The notes under the pieces: generated by a model | Told to the model about the DNA's origin: nothing | The model's input: the letters and a program-made list of their open reading frames with translations, nothing else | The model's database searches: none | Made by a program: the position numbers and the translations under genes | Assembly: GCF_964355755.1 (NCBI RefSeq) | Contig: NC_092672.1 | Span: 18,241,237 to 18,305,236, forward strand | From: Antedon mediterranea | Taxonomy: Eukaryota > Animalia > Echinodermata | Length of the DNA: 64,000 nucleotides | Direction: 5' to 3' | In this document: positions 39,653 to 53,200 of the stretch, piece by piece | Layout: every line of letters starts with the position of its first letter | Numbering within the stretch: position 1 is the first letter of the stretch

Positions 39653-42600
39653 TGTTGTTGTGGACTGTATACCAAGTATATACTAGCCTTTTATTTTATA
39701 CCTTACTTTAAGTAAAACCGGGATGATCAGTCATGACAAGACAACATTCCTAAGAACCCAAAGCTATGACCTTATAGGTTATTACCATGGAAACCTGCCC
39801 TCCCTCTCTTAGAAGATATGATAATTAGCTAAAGAAATCACACTTTACCTTACTGTGATAAAGGAAGAACACCTATTTTTTATTATACGGAATTTACATG
39901 ATTGAAACAATATTTAAATGTTTTAGAAACAACAGAATTATATAGGATCCACAGTCAAGTGAGTAATTTAACTTTAGTTACTTGTAGTTTCAGTATTATA
40001 ATTGTAGATTAGAGATTTTGTTATATATTGATTATAACCTCACCTAATCTTTTGAGGCTATTATAAGTTTTAAAGTAAAGTAGATTCAATTAGGCATTTC
40101 AACTAATAATGATAACGTTGATCGAATGATTTATTGCATTTAATTGTTTAGAATGTTTATTGTATTCTTTTATAGTTTACACGTTGGAATAAAGTTACTA
40201 CACCGACAGTCAGGTGATTTTGGGATACATATCCAACGAATCTAAACGTTTCCACGTATATGTGGCAAACAGAGTCCACAGAATACACTCAGTATCTGAC
40301 TCCAGCCAGTGGTACCACATTCATATTGACCAGAATCCAGCTGACATTGCATCAAGATCTGTGAGAGCAGAAGACCTTACAGTAGGAATACTACGTGGTT
40401 CACAGGACCCGAGTTTCTGTGGAGTTCACAGCCTAGTCCGACAAATTCCATCAATTTGAAAGAGGTGTTGCCGCTGAACGAAAATGACCCCGAAATCCGT
40501 ACAAAGGTTTACACCAAAGCCACCAATGTAATGCCAGGATTAGGAACTGAAAGATTTAAACGCTTCTCGAGTTGGAAATCTCTCAAGCGAGCAGTTGCAG
40601 CCTTAATACTGAAGACCAGAGTGTTGAAGTCAAAAAGGGTAAACAAGCAGCAAGATGTGACACAACGATTGCTAGAACGGCCGTCGTTGATTGAACTGCA
40701 ACGTGCGGAAATGATCATACTAAAAGAGGTCCAGTACCAGTCTTTCAGCAAAGAAACATTAGAACTGACACCCGAAAATAAAATTCAACCTACGATCAAG
40801 ACTGGCCCTCTTAAAAAATTAAGTCCCTTCATAGACCAAGATGGACTGCTAAGAGTTGGCGGACGCTTAAGAAGGGCTGACCTCGAACTTGGAGGCAAAC
40901 ACCCAATTCTCCTCCCGAAAGACAGCTACGTCTCTAAATTGGTCGCAGAACACTTTCATTATCAAGTGCAACATCAAAGTCGTCAGCTGACAACTGCCGC
41001 TATTCGATCAGGAGGCATGTGGATACTTGGAGCACACAACTTGGTAAGAAGTATCGTGAACAAGTGTGTTGTGTGCAGAAAACTCAGAGGAAAACCGTTA
41101 ACCTAACAAATGGGAGACTTACCCAAAGACAGACTAGAGGCAACTCCGCCATTCACCAACGTCGGTACTGACGTATTCGGCCCATGACCTGTCAAAACAA
41201 GAAAAACCAGAGGTGGAGCAGCTGACTCCAAGAGATGGGCTGTAATCTTTACATGCCTCTGCAGCAGAGCCGTTCATGTCGAAATAATTGAATCAATGGA
41301 TACATCAGCCTTCATTATGGCACTACGTCGTTTTATTGCATTACGAGGATCAGTTTCCAGACTCAGGAGCGACTAAGGCACCAACTTCATTGGAGCAAAG
41401 AACGAGCTTGACGCTTCACTTAGACAGATGGATCAGGCACTCGTTGACAGGTACCTGACCTCTCAAAATTGTCAGTGGATCTTTAACCCACCACATGCTT
41501 CACACTTCGGAGGAGTTTGGGAGAGGCAGATCGGAACCATTCGACGCATCTTAGAAGCAATGTTTGATCAACTGGGCGGACATCGACTCACACATGAAGT
41601 CCTAGTGACATTAATGGCTGAGGCATGCGCAATTGTTAATTCACGTCCCATCACCACACAATCCGCAGATCCAATAGCCCTCAGCCCCTCCATGCTATTA
41701 ACTCAGAAATCCATGTCACTACATCCACCCCCAGGAAACTTTGTAAAGGAGGATATCTATGGAAGGAAGAGATGGCGTCAGGTCCAGTACCTGGCAGACC
41801 AGTTCTGGGCTCGCTGGAAAAAAGAGTACCTCCAAAATCTTCAATCTAGACAGAAATGGTTCCATACCAAACCAGACATTTCAGATGATGATGTCGTGCT
41901 TCTTCGTGAAAAAGACGACCCTAGATGCAACTGGCCACTCGGACGTGTAATTAAGACATACCCTAGTGAGGATGGAAAGGTTTGCAAAGCTGACATCCTT
42001 ATATGCCGAGATGGAACTCGACGTACCTACTTAAGACCAATCTCCGAGCTTGTATTGATCCAGAAAGCTCCAATCTCTACTTTGTTTAGACTTGATTATT
42101 CTGATTGAAAGTATACTAGGAATGATTGAATTACTATGTACAAGCTTAGTTATTAGAATATGTAGATTAAAAATGTTCCCTTTTAAGTTTTAAAATTTTT
42201 AGGCGGGGAGTGTTGTGGACTGTATACCAAGTGTATACTAGCCTTTTATTTTATACCTCACTTTAAGTAAAACAGGGATGATCAGTCATGACAAGACAAC
42301 ATTCCTAAGAACCCAAAGTTATGACCTTATAGGTTATTACCATGGAAACCTGCCCTCTCTCTCTTAGAAGATATGATAATTAGCTAAAGAAACCACACTT
42401 TACCTTACTGTGATAAAGGAAGAACACCTATTTTTTATTATACGGAATTTACATGATTGAAACAATGTTTAAATGTTTTAGAAAAAACAGAATTATATAG
42501 GATCCACAGTCAAGTGAGTAATTTAACTTTAGTTACTTGTAGTTTCAGTATTATAATTGTAGATTAGAGATTTTGTTATATATTGATTAAAACCTCACCT

Positions 42601-42885
42601 AATCTTTTGAGGCTATTATAAGTTTTAAAGTAAAGTAGATTCAATTAGGCATTTCAACTAATAATGATAACGTTGATCGAATGATTTATTGCATTTAATT
42701 GTTTAGAATGTTTATTGTATTCTTTTATAGTTTACACGTTGGAATAAAGTTTGGGAACCATCGCTCTGACCTTTGGCCTTTATTTTGTTTCGACGAGTTA
42801 AACTAACTGGTGAAAATTGTGTTACCACTGAAGCTATACGACCCGACTTGAAACACTAGGCTACACGCAAACAGCAACCAGTACA
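39653..42885 (+). mobile_element. BEL/Pao retrotransposon 3, internally deleted, nested in BEL-2. Partial 5' LTR 39653-40196, RNase H end and integrase 40197-42108, 3' LTR 42211-42885
   Basis: 5-bp TSD TGTAT (39648-39652, 42886-42890); highly similar LTRs; PPT aggcggggag. Motifs YTDSQVILGYI.NESKRFHVYVANRV, GLLRVGGRL, PPHASHFGGVWERQI and YLRPISELV, with stops. Confidence 0.92.
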
Positions 42886-43169
42886 TGTATCCTAGTGATG
42901 ATGGAAGAGTTAGAGTAGCAGATGTCGTTGTAAATAACAAAGAGTATAAAAGGCCAGTAACAAAGCGTATTAAGCTTGAGGAGTGGAAGTGTAAAAAAAA
43001 ATAAAAAAATTAAATGTTTGGAAAATACTGTATAACTAATTTGTTGTATAATGGGATTTCCCCATTGGTTGGGGAGTGTAAGATTTAGTTTAATCTTAAT
43101 TGGCGCAGCCAACGGATTTGTGGGAGATGAGCGTAGAAAACGCTACCGTGTGTGTGTTACAGTTAAATA

Positions 43170-44410
43170 CTAAGAAACATTAGTTTAAAATCAAAATCAG
43201 GTGATATAATACGAGTAAAAGCAATTATAGGCCTATAGCTTTAGCTAGTGTGGTATCTAAGGTACTAGAATCTGTATTAATTAAATTGTCCGGAGATAGC
43301 CTTAAGTCATCTGACCATCAGTTTGCGTTTAAATCGGGTCACTCCACAGATACATTTATATTTTGTTCAAGTTGTTGAATTTTATACTCGGCAGAATAGC
43401 CCTGTATATGCTTGCTTTCTTGATGCCTCTAAGGCATAATATGACAGAGTAAATCACTGGACTCTTTTTAAAATATTGTTAAACAGAAAGATGGCAACCG
43501 CAATTGTAAAATTGTTAGCGTGTTGGTACTCACAGCAACAGTTTTGTATTAAATGGGGAAGTAATGGTTCTATGTAAGAAACGAAGTGCGAAAGGGCGGA
43601 ATCATGTCTCCGTTACTGTATAATGTTTACATTGATGATCTGAATGTAGCACTTAGTAGATGTGGTTATGGGTGTAAAACCTCAAATATTGTCCTAAATA
43701 ATTTAAGTTATGCTGATGACATGACTATTATGGCTTCATCTTTTTATGGGTTGAAAAATATGGTTAAAATATGTGAGCAGTATGGTGTAGAACATGATGT
43801 TATTTATAACGCAAACAAATCTGTCTGTATGGTTTTTTTCTCCAAAGAAGAAACATGGTGAAGTGGTATCAAATATTATGCTAAATAATGATATATTTTT
43901 ATTTATTTAATTATTTATCTATTTCAATTTTTTTTTTTTTCGTTTTAAGGGGCTTCGCGTCTAAAGCATTAGCTTACAGTTTAACCCCGTTCACAACTTC
44001 AATTAATTTTTCAGGTCATTTTGTACTAATCTGTACTGTTGTATGTTATGGTCTAACAACACTGTTAAGATTATTAAATCTCTGGAGGTGTGCTACAACA
44101 ACTCATGGAGAATGTTGCTAGGCTTACCTAAGCACTGTAGTGCTAGTAATATGTTTGCCACGAGGATAATTCCCTCTTTCTACGAGCATGTACGCAAGTG
44201 CGTCTATGGTTTTAGATTAAGAATTGTAAATAGTGAAAACGATCTGGTTTAGTTAGGTGTACCACAAACTATTTGTTCCGATATTCATATCTCTACACAT
44301 AAGTGGGAAAAAATCCTATTTTAGTTTGATTTTCCGGTTTCTTATTATTTGTTGTTGTATATTTAGTATATGGAATATTTATTCTGAAATAAATTGATAA
44401 AAATAGATAA
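43170..44410 (+). mobile_element. Degenerate non-LTR (LINE) RT region with 3' end; clade uncertain
   Basis: NYRPIALASVVSKVLE, HQFAFKSGHSTD, ACFLDASKA, VRKGGIMSPLLYNVYIDDL...LSYADD, CYNNSWRMLLGLPKHCSASNMF; AATAAA at ~44388. Confidence 0.85.
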
Positions 44411-44419
44411 AATATTGAG

Positions 44420-44880
44420 CATAACAAAAGTAAGTTGTTTAAATGGCTAACAGGTAACGTTTTACAGATTTTAAAGTAATTAAATATACAGAAAGTTTTA
44501 TTTTAACAGGGAGATCGTGCCATAGTTTAGGTCCAGCTATTGAAATAAAAAATTTATTTCTAGTTAATCTTGTAAAGGGAACATATAAACGTGTCCTTCT
44601 CAAATTATAATCATTACTTAAATTACTTTTTGATCAAATTCCAAGTATACAATGAGGAAGTTTATTATTAATAAATTTAAACATAAAAATAGCAACTTGA
44701 ACCTAATAATATTGTTTAAATAAAGGTTTGGATGGGGTTCGATAATGGGAAAAAGTGATGATTCTTGAAATACGTTTTTGTAACAAAATAAGTGTATCTT
44801 ATTTATAATCAGGTGCCCAAATAATATTACAATATTGAAAATGAGGAAGAATAAGTGTATTATAAACAGACAGCAAATGT
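44420..44880 (-). mobile_element. L2/Crack-like LINE 3' fragment
   Basis: The minus strand reads LLSVYNTLILPHFQYCNIIWAP...LLQKRISRIITFSHYRTPSKPLFK...AIFMFKFINNKLP...ISIAGPKLWHDLP. Confidence 0.7.
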
Positions 44881-44983
44881 TCCTAAAAAGATGATTGTAT
44901 GTTTTATTTTATCATTTACAGACTTGTGTTCATCAATCTGTAATTTATGTAGAGCGCGCTAGGCGTACACAAAAATGTCCCAA

Positions 44984-45520
44984 TCTATATTATAAGTGAG
45001 AGAGTTTGTACGTTTGTTTGTCTTTCTGTTTGTTCGTTATAAAAATTGATGTTTCTGCACGTAACTATACATATGGGGTATCAAAATTATCGCAATTGTA
45101 CCGGGAAGGTTTTAAGCTACATTTTAAAAAGTCTGGGGATTTGGTAGGAGAGGGGGGGGGGGGGGAGTTGGGGTTCAGAGGATAGTGGAGATTTTGCTTA
45201 GGCTAGGGGTAGTAGGCTATCAAATTGACAAAAAGTATTTTAATTATCCCTGGGAAGGGGATGGGAGGGGGTGGCAATGTAGGCCTATCACCATGACCGA
45301 AACTGTACTTGGAATGTTTTAAACTACATTTGAAAACTACAACTTAGGGATTATGGGTTGGGAGTGATGGCTAACATAATTTGTACTGGCATCGTCTTAA
45401 AGACATCACCCAGTATCTGAGGTATGTTGGGAGGGGAAGGAGGAGGGGCGAAAATACTGGCGTAATGAAGTAGCCTATCCCGATGGGGAACACTGTATGG
45501 TTTAGAAATGATTAATTCCC
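44984..45520 (+). mobile_element. Probable Helitron/HINE-like non-autonomous repeat
   Basis: Starts tctatattataagtgagagag, followed by a gtttgt/gtct microsatellite. The right boundary is uncertain. Confidence 0.45.
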
Positions 45521-45990
45521 TCCCTGAACCATTTGATGATGGAAAGTTTTCAGTCAGACAGACACCAGGGAAGTTTAAGGGAATTTGGACAGACATGGGA
45601 GTGGAGACGACAATTATAAAAGAAAGCAAGAGCAACAGCGGAATAATAGGATTGACTCGTAGAGGTTCAGCTGTACTGAGGTAGACATGTATACGGCACC
45701 TTTATAGGTGTTTCGCCTAACAGGAAATGTCGAGGAAAAGGCAAATCAACACCCTGAAATATTTAAGGCTGGAAATAGAATGTTATTTATTTCAGGCGGA
45801 TATCAAATGAGATTGATGTCAAAGGTGGTAAATCAGATAGGAATTAATGAAATTGTAGAAGACTTATTGTCAACTCATACTGAAGCTGATACAAGAATGC
45901 TCTTGTATTTTAACAACCGAATGATCACTATACATTCTAAAGGACGGCTAATTGTTAAAGATAAAGACGTGCTAGTTCTTTTGACACATT

Positions 45991-46369
45991 AGGGAGGTTT
46001 CGCAACCTTACGAATACGATAACGAAAACGGGTATAGTTTTTGATCTTTTGCACATTTTGCATTTGAATCAGGAATGATTCATGATTATAATATAATTAT
46101 AGATTTATTGAAAGTAATTTACTAAAGTAATTAGTAAAAAGTAAAGGTCAATTTTGATAAATAGCAGTTTTTAAAGTCCTCACTCGCTTTGATGTTACGC
46201 TAGGCCTAGGCAGCCAAGCACCAAAGCAATACGTACCACCTGCGCTTCGCTCAAATTTACCGCAGTCATATTTTGGACGGCGCCCTCAATATTTTTCCTG
46301 CCTTACGAATAACGAATACGTGTGCATGACGTTTTCGTTATCGTATTTGTAAGATTGCAAAACCTCCCT
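45991..46369. mobile_element. Harbinger-like MITE in Academ relic 2
   Basis: TIR agggaggtttcgcaaccttacgaatacgataacgaaaac / gttttcgttatcgtatttgtaagattgcaaaacctccct; TSD ATT. Confidence 0.85.
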
Positions 46370-46695
46370 ATTATTGTTGAGAAATGCAGGGAATTTGTGA
46401 AGTTTGGTTTGAGACTGGCCACATGACCAAGATGTTAGATTTTAGAAGGTATATTCCAGTGCATTCAATTCTGATCGGATTGGGAAAGAAGTTAGTAAAG
46501 TGTTGCCAGCTGCACATTCCCTTACAGAATGTGACACAGTCTCATCATTATTTGGAGTAGGAAAGAAAACAGTGTTCCGTATATTGCTGAAAATGCCAAA
46601 AGAACACTTAAATAATCTTCAAGATCTTAATGATGATGACATAAAGCTGTGAACTTTTCAAGGAAATTTGTTGCTAATCTTTATGATACTACTAT

Positions 46696-46937
46696 GTATG
46701 GCACGCCAAGCTGTCATTTATTTGGAAATAAAGATATCTTAGTTTAAAACTAAGATATCTTAGTTTAAAACTAAGATATCTTAGTTTAAAACTAAGATAT
46801 CTCTATAGAGATATCTCTATTAAAAACTAAGATATCTCTATTAAAAACTAAGATATATCTATTTAAAACTAAGATATCTCTATTAAAAACTAAGATATCT
46901 CTATTGCTTGAATAAATGACAGCTTAGCGCGCCATAA
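46696..46937. mobile_element. Fold-back MITE with an internal ~21-bp palindromic array
   Basis: TIR tatggcacgccaagctgtcatttatt / aataaatgacagcttagcgcgccata; CTAT flanks both sides; the interior is (agatatcttagtttaaaacta)n and variants. Confidence 0.8.
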
Positions 46938-47205
46938 CTATGCGATTTGAAGGAACACATGAATGTCTCAATAAGCTACGGGTTTGTATGGCAACAACAC
47001 GTTGTGCATCAGTATCAAAACTTCCACCATGTGAAGCATCATTCCTGCAACACGTCAAACGTGCATCATGGCAGACAAAGACATGGTGTAAATCACATGT
47101 GGCAAAACCAGAACTTCCGAACCCTATTGGAAATGGTTGGGAATTCAATGATAATGGTGTAAAGTCCTGTTTTTTTTTAAAGGCCAAACTGCAGTAGACA
47201 AATTG

Positions 47206-50200
47206 TGTTGTAAAGATTTATGTCGTCCGTTGAGGGCGCATATTATAATATGCTTCGAGTATCGGACGATGGTGTGCGTGCACCCGTTCGCAGTTAATGT
47301 CATATAAACATGCCTGTAGCGTTCCAATCACCATATTATTATGTAAATTATAGTGTTTTGGTGAGTTCTGAAATATTATTAACCTTATTACTTGTTTTTA
47401 TATAAACCAGGAATCCTGGTAATAGGCTGTAATTGTTGATAAAAAGATTTTAAAAGTTATATTTTAGTCAGTTTAGGTGACGTCTCTAGGCCGACGCACG
47501 TTGTTTTCATTGTTTTGTACTCTGCGAGAGCCTCTCTCGCTCGGACAGTTTGGGTCACGTGACCCGTATGCTAATATTGCCGGTACTATTGTAACTTATC
47601 CGTTTCCATTTATTTTGTATTTGTAGTGATGAATGAACACAAGCACACACGCACACGCACACACCCACATTGCCAAATAGCCACATTGACACCTTGTCAA
47701 TTTGCAACCTCATCACCTATACTGTGGAGGATTACCTATTAAAAGATACCTTGAGTTTTACACGCCGACTACTTTGTTTCATTCTGTCTGTAAATCTACC
47801 CACTTACTACCGAACCAGATAAAACAGTACATACATTTCTACATGGTCCCTCGAGCCGGATAAAAATGGCGGAGGAATTGAAACAACTGAAAATCAACAG
47901 ACGTAATGCTAAAGGAAATTTAACCAGACAAGGCAACGCACTGAGGAGGATGCTTGCATTGGAGAACCCAGATTTGGAAGAGATTAAAAGGAAGGCAGAT
48001 TTATTAGAGGACCTCTTCGCCGTAGTAGAACTAAAGCATAACGAATTAGTCGAACATGTGGAGGGCGAGGAAGACTACAACACAGAAGAGAAATGGATGC
48101 AGGATTGCCAGGACCAGTTCTTGATTGAAAAGGAACAGACAAGAAACAGTATTAGATCTTTAGAAAAGAAACTAAATGAGACTGTTGTTTTAGTAAATGA
48201 CAGTAATGTAAATAATAGTAATGTTATTAATGATGAAGTTTCAAGTAATCAAAATGATATCCATGATGATAATGTTAGTGATGTTAATTTAAGTGATCCC
48301 GCTATTGAAGTTGATAATGTTAACGATAATAATGTCATTAACCCTAATTTATCCACAGCCAGCAGTAGTTCATTGGACACAAACGCCTTCAACTGGGAAG
48401 GCTTGTTACGGGCAATTGCTCTACCCCGCAGCCAACCGAAAAAATTCAGAGGAGACCCGCTACGGTACCATGCATTCATTACAGCATACAAGAGCACCGT
48501 TTCTCAAGTCCCAGATGATGGTGTCAAGTTACAACATCTACTCTCATTATGTGAGGGTGCTGCATATTCTTCAATACAGTATTGTGTCCTTAAACCAGCC
48601 GAAGAAGGCTACATAGCAGCCATTAAAAAGCTAAAAGAGAAGTTTGGGGACCCCAACATAATAACCAAGGCCTGGACTGATAAAATACTGAAGCGAGAGA
48701 CAGTTACCCTCGATACACTCGGAGATTTTGCAGATGACCTAGGAAACTGCTACGGAACCCTAGAAGCTTTGGGGAAACTCTCGGAACTGGATACCATGGA
48801 GGGATTATCCAAAGTTGTGCAGATTTTACCGACATTCCTCCGAAACAAGTGGAAAGACGTCAATTTCAAGTTGAAAGAGAACCATACCACCGCTACACTC
48901 AAGCATCTACTTGAATTTGTTCAGAAGGCTAGGGACAAAGAGGAAGATCCAGTATTTGGAAGGGTGCTAACCGCTAAGAAACCAGAAAAGGATAAACCTA
49001 ACCAAAGGGATCACCAAAGAAATCACCGACCACCAACAACTATGACCCTTACAGATACGAAAGACAGCAAGAAACTACCTCGGATGTTCTGTCCTTACTG
49101 TAACGGAAACGAGCATTTCCTTGGGGGCTGCAAAAGCTTTAGAGAACTAAGCAAATCCCAGATGAAGGATTGGATCACTAATAACAATCGCTGTAAACAT
49201 TGCGCTAGAAAACATGTTACCACCGAATGTACTCTTCGGAAGGGTTGTAAGATGTGCTCTGAACTGCATCTTACAGTTTTGCACGACACCCTGTCACCGG
49301 CATCTCAACAGTCCACTCCTTCCAATCCAGCAGCGGCAACCAACCAACTCTACAGTCTGTGTCAACAGTACAAGCCCAGAGACGTATTCCTGAAAATCGT
49401 CCCGGTAACATTATACAGTCCTACCAGCCAAGTTGATACCTACGCTGTTTTAGATGGTGGGTCGATGAGAACCATGCTGCTCACTGATGGAATGAATAAA
49501 CTACACATACAGGGCCATGAAGACAGCATTGTTCTGAAAACTGTGGAACACGGAACAACCACTGTTCCTGGACGGAGTGTAAACGTACAAATATCGGCAA
49601 GAGGCGAGACTCACAACAGATATAACCTTGACGATGCGTTTTCTTCGACCTTGTTAACACTGGGGACCTACTCGTACCCAACAAGAGAGATCAAAGAGAA
49701 CTACAATTACCTGAAAGATGTCCCTTTACCAGAAATAACTGACGCACTTCCTTTAGTCATGATCGGAGCTGACAACGTACATTTGCTTACGCATAGAAGC
49801 CCGATGATACAGCTAGGCATTAACTCTCCAGCAGCAGTACATACAGTGTTTGGATGGACATTGCATGGCCCAGTTCCTATGCCTTTGACCAAGCCACCGG
49901 TCACTGTAACAACCTTCACCCTATGCGAGTCATCACAACTGAAGTCTGATGTTAGAAGGCCTTGGCAGGTGGAAGAACTTCCTCCTAGTAAGGCAGCAAC
50001 TCGTTCTCGACTCGACCAAATGGCAGTGAACAATCTCGACCATTCCACACACCTGATTCAAGTAGATGGAGTGAACCGTTATGAGGTTCCTCTGTTGCGT
50101 GATAACAGCGGTACACGATTCCGAGCTGGTGTTGAGTCGGTGATTCCACACATGAGGAGAACGGAGAGGTGCTACAACCAGAAGCCTGAAAGACGTGAGA

Positions 50201-53200
50201 AACACAACCAATTAATCCAGAAGCTAGTCGACGATAAACTAGTGAAGATTATTACAGCCGAAGAAGCCGAGAAGTCTGAGGAATCGTGGTTCGTCCCTCA
50301 CTATGTTATCGAACAGAAAGGTAAACATAGATTAGTGTTCAATTGCTCCCACGAATTCCAGGGTCTGAACTTGAATAAGCATCTGCTAGCCGGACCTAAT
50401 TTGGGTTCATCTCTCATCGGAGTAATCCTGAGGTTTCGCCAACATGAAGTAGCGATATCTGGCGACATTAAAGCCATGTTCCACCAGGTACGACTAAAAC
50501 CAGAAGACCAATCCCTGTTCCGCTTCATCTGGAGGGATTGTGATGAAACTAAACAACCTACCATCTACCAATGGTTATCTCTGTTATTTGGATCTACCTG
50601 TAGCCCGTGCTGCGCTACTTATCCACTCCAGAAACTAGCTGTAGAGCATGGTGAACAATATCCAGAAGTTAAAAGATCCGTCATGGAGGCCTTTTATGTA
50701 GACAACTGTTTGGATAGCACGAAATCTACAGAAGAAGCTGAAATCCTTGTGCATGACATCAGGACTGTACTGAGCATGGCTGGCTTCAACGTCAGACAGT
50801 GGGCTAGCAATAAACCGGAGGTTTTAAAGGGATTGCCTGAAGAAGCACTCTCATCCTGCACTATATTAGAGTTCCAACAAGACACTAATGAAGCAGAACC
50901 TATGTTGGGTATGCGCTGGGATACTGGATCTGACTCACTTACATACCGCCAGAATCACGATCATCAAGATGTTGTAACAATGCGATATATTTACCGGACA
51001 CTGGCAAGACAATACGACCCCATTGGCTTCTTGGTTCCATTCCTTATTAGGGGCAAGCTTATAGTCCAAGACTTGTGGAATATGGATAACATCGATTGGG
51101 ACAGAGAAATAACTAACTCCGAGATTCGAGCCTCCTGGGTCCAATGGGAAGACGAACTTAAGTACATCGATCAGGTCAACATCTAGAGACGATATCTCAC
51201 ACTTAAGGATGCCACTCACCAGTTACATGTCTTCTGCGATTCTTCCGAAAGAGCTTATGGTGCAGTCGGCTACATCCGCGGAGAGCGAGATGGGAAAGTG
51301 GAAACCGCATTCGTTATAGCCAAATCCAAAGTTGCTCCTAAGAAACAGTTAAGCATGCCAAGATTGGAACTCTGCGCCGCACTGGTTGGTGCGAGACTGA
51401 TGGACTTTATGGAGCAAACCTTGAAGATTCCTATTAGTACGAAGCACCTGTGGAGCGATTCCACAACGGTACTGACGTGGCTCACTTCAGAAACCTGTAG
51501 ATTCAAGGTCTTCGTCGGAACTCGAGTAACAGAAATAAACCACTTAACCAAAGACATGACCTGGCACTATGTGCCTACAAAGCAGAATGTAGCAGATGAT
51601 ATCACAAGAGGTATGTCCTTGGAGGAAGTCGCAAGCGACCACAGGTGGAAATATGGACCGTCCTTTCTAGCTCAGGCTACAGACCACTGGCCAGTGATGC
51701 CCAAACTCAAAGATCAACCTGGTGACACAGAAGTCAAGAAAAGTGTTTTCTGTGGGCTAGTCAATGTTGATGCTACAGATGAGATCAGCCACCTAAAGGA
51801 CTTTGATGCACTGTTGCTCCAGCTCGGCCGGAAGTTTGATGGGGCGGCCCCTCAACAAATTGAGAATGAAGCCTGGAGAATGGTACAACGATGCTGTTTC
51901 CCAGAAGACGTTACAGCACTGAAAACTGGAACCTCACTACCTACAGGTAGTAGACTGAAGCAATTAAGTCCAGAATGGGACAATGACGCTGGTCTTATAA
52001 GAGTAGGTGGACGATTGAGTGAAGCAAATGCTATACAAGAGCAATTGAAGCACCCAATCATTCTTGATCCAAAGCACTACATCACAAAACTCATAATCCG
52101 ACATACCGACGCTAAGTTGCTACATCCTGGACCAGAACGTGTTCTAGCAGACCTGAGAAGGAGATACTGGATTCTCAGAGGCAGAGAAGCTGTTAAAGGA
52201 CAACAACGACTTTGTCAAGAATGTCAGAGGTGGCGAGCAAATCCTACCATTCCTCGGATGAGAGACCTGCCGGCCGCAAGATTACAAATATTCAAACCTG
52301 TTTTCCACTGCACCGGGATCGACTGCTTCGGACCCATGTCTGTGAAAGTTGGACGGAGAACAGAAAAGAGATGGGGAATAGTCTACAAGTGTATGACAGT
52401 TGGCGCCATCCATTTAGAGCTTTTGGAGAGCATGAATACGGAAGCATTCCTGTTGTCGTTTCGCAGATTTGTTGCGCGAAAGGGCCAACCAGCTAAGATT
52501 TTCAGTGATTGTGGAACTAACTTCAAAGGGGGAGACAAAGAACTCAAGTCAGCCTTCGACCTGATGACAGCTGATCTTCGAGACAAACTACGACCGTTTC
52601 AAGTAGAATTCATCTACAATCCTCCTAACGCTCCTCACTTCGGAGGAATATGGGAGAGAGCGGTTAGGAGTGCGAAGACAGCTCTCAGAGTAGCAATAGG
52701 CAACCAGCTAGTTACAGAACCAGTTCTTATGACCCTGCTTATAGAAGTTGAAGGTATACTAAACCCAAAACCACTGGGTTACGTATCAAATGACTCTAAG
52801 GATGTCAACGCGGTTACACCCAACATCCTTCTGATGGGACGGCTAGATCCAGTTATGCCACAGGTGATATACACCGAACATGATCTTTTGACGAAGAAAA
52901 GATGGAGACATAGCCAGGTGCTGATTAACCATTTCTGGAGACACTTTATCAGGCACCACTTGCCGAACCTGCAGGTCAGGCAGAAGTGGTGGAGGGAGTC
53001 GGAGAACTTGCAGGAAGACACGGTCGTCCTTATCATGGACAACCTACTTCCCCGAGGCCAATGGATAATAGGACGTATAACCAAAGTTTTCCCCGGAGAG
53101 GATGGCAGAGTGCGCCCGGCCAAAGTACTCGTTAAGGGCATATGTACGCCCTGTTGTAAAACTGATCAAACTCCCAGAGCTTCAGTAACCGTTCAAGTTT

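Larger units (their letters stand above)
35526..43170 (+). mobile_element. BEL/Pao retrotransposon 2, 5'-truncated and degenerate. Pieces 35526-36011 (RT), 37737-39652 (RNase H, integrase) and 42886-43076; partial 3' LTR from 43077
   Basis: LTFGDKPAP..VYMDD; ELTCP|RGLTP..LIVFCDASEKAYG rejoined across one insertion; GIDCFGP, ADCGTN, APHFGGVWER; IKVY|PSDDGRVRVADV rejoined across BEL-3. The PPT ttggggag is followed by TGTAAG. Confidence 0.9.
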
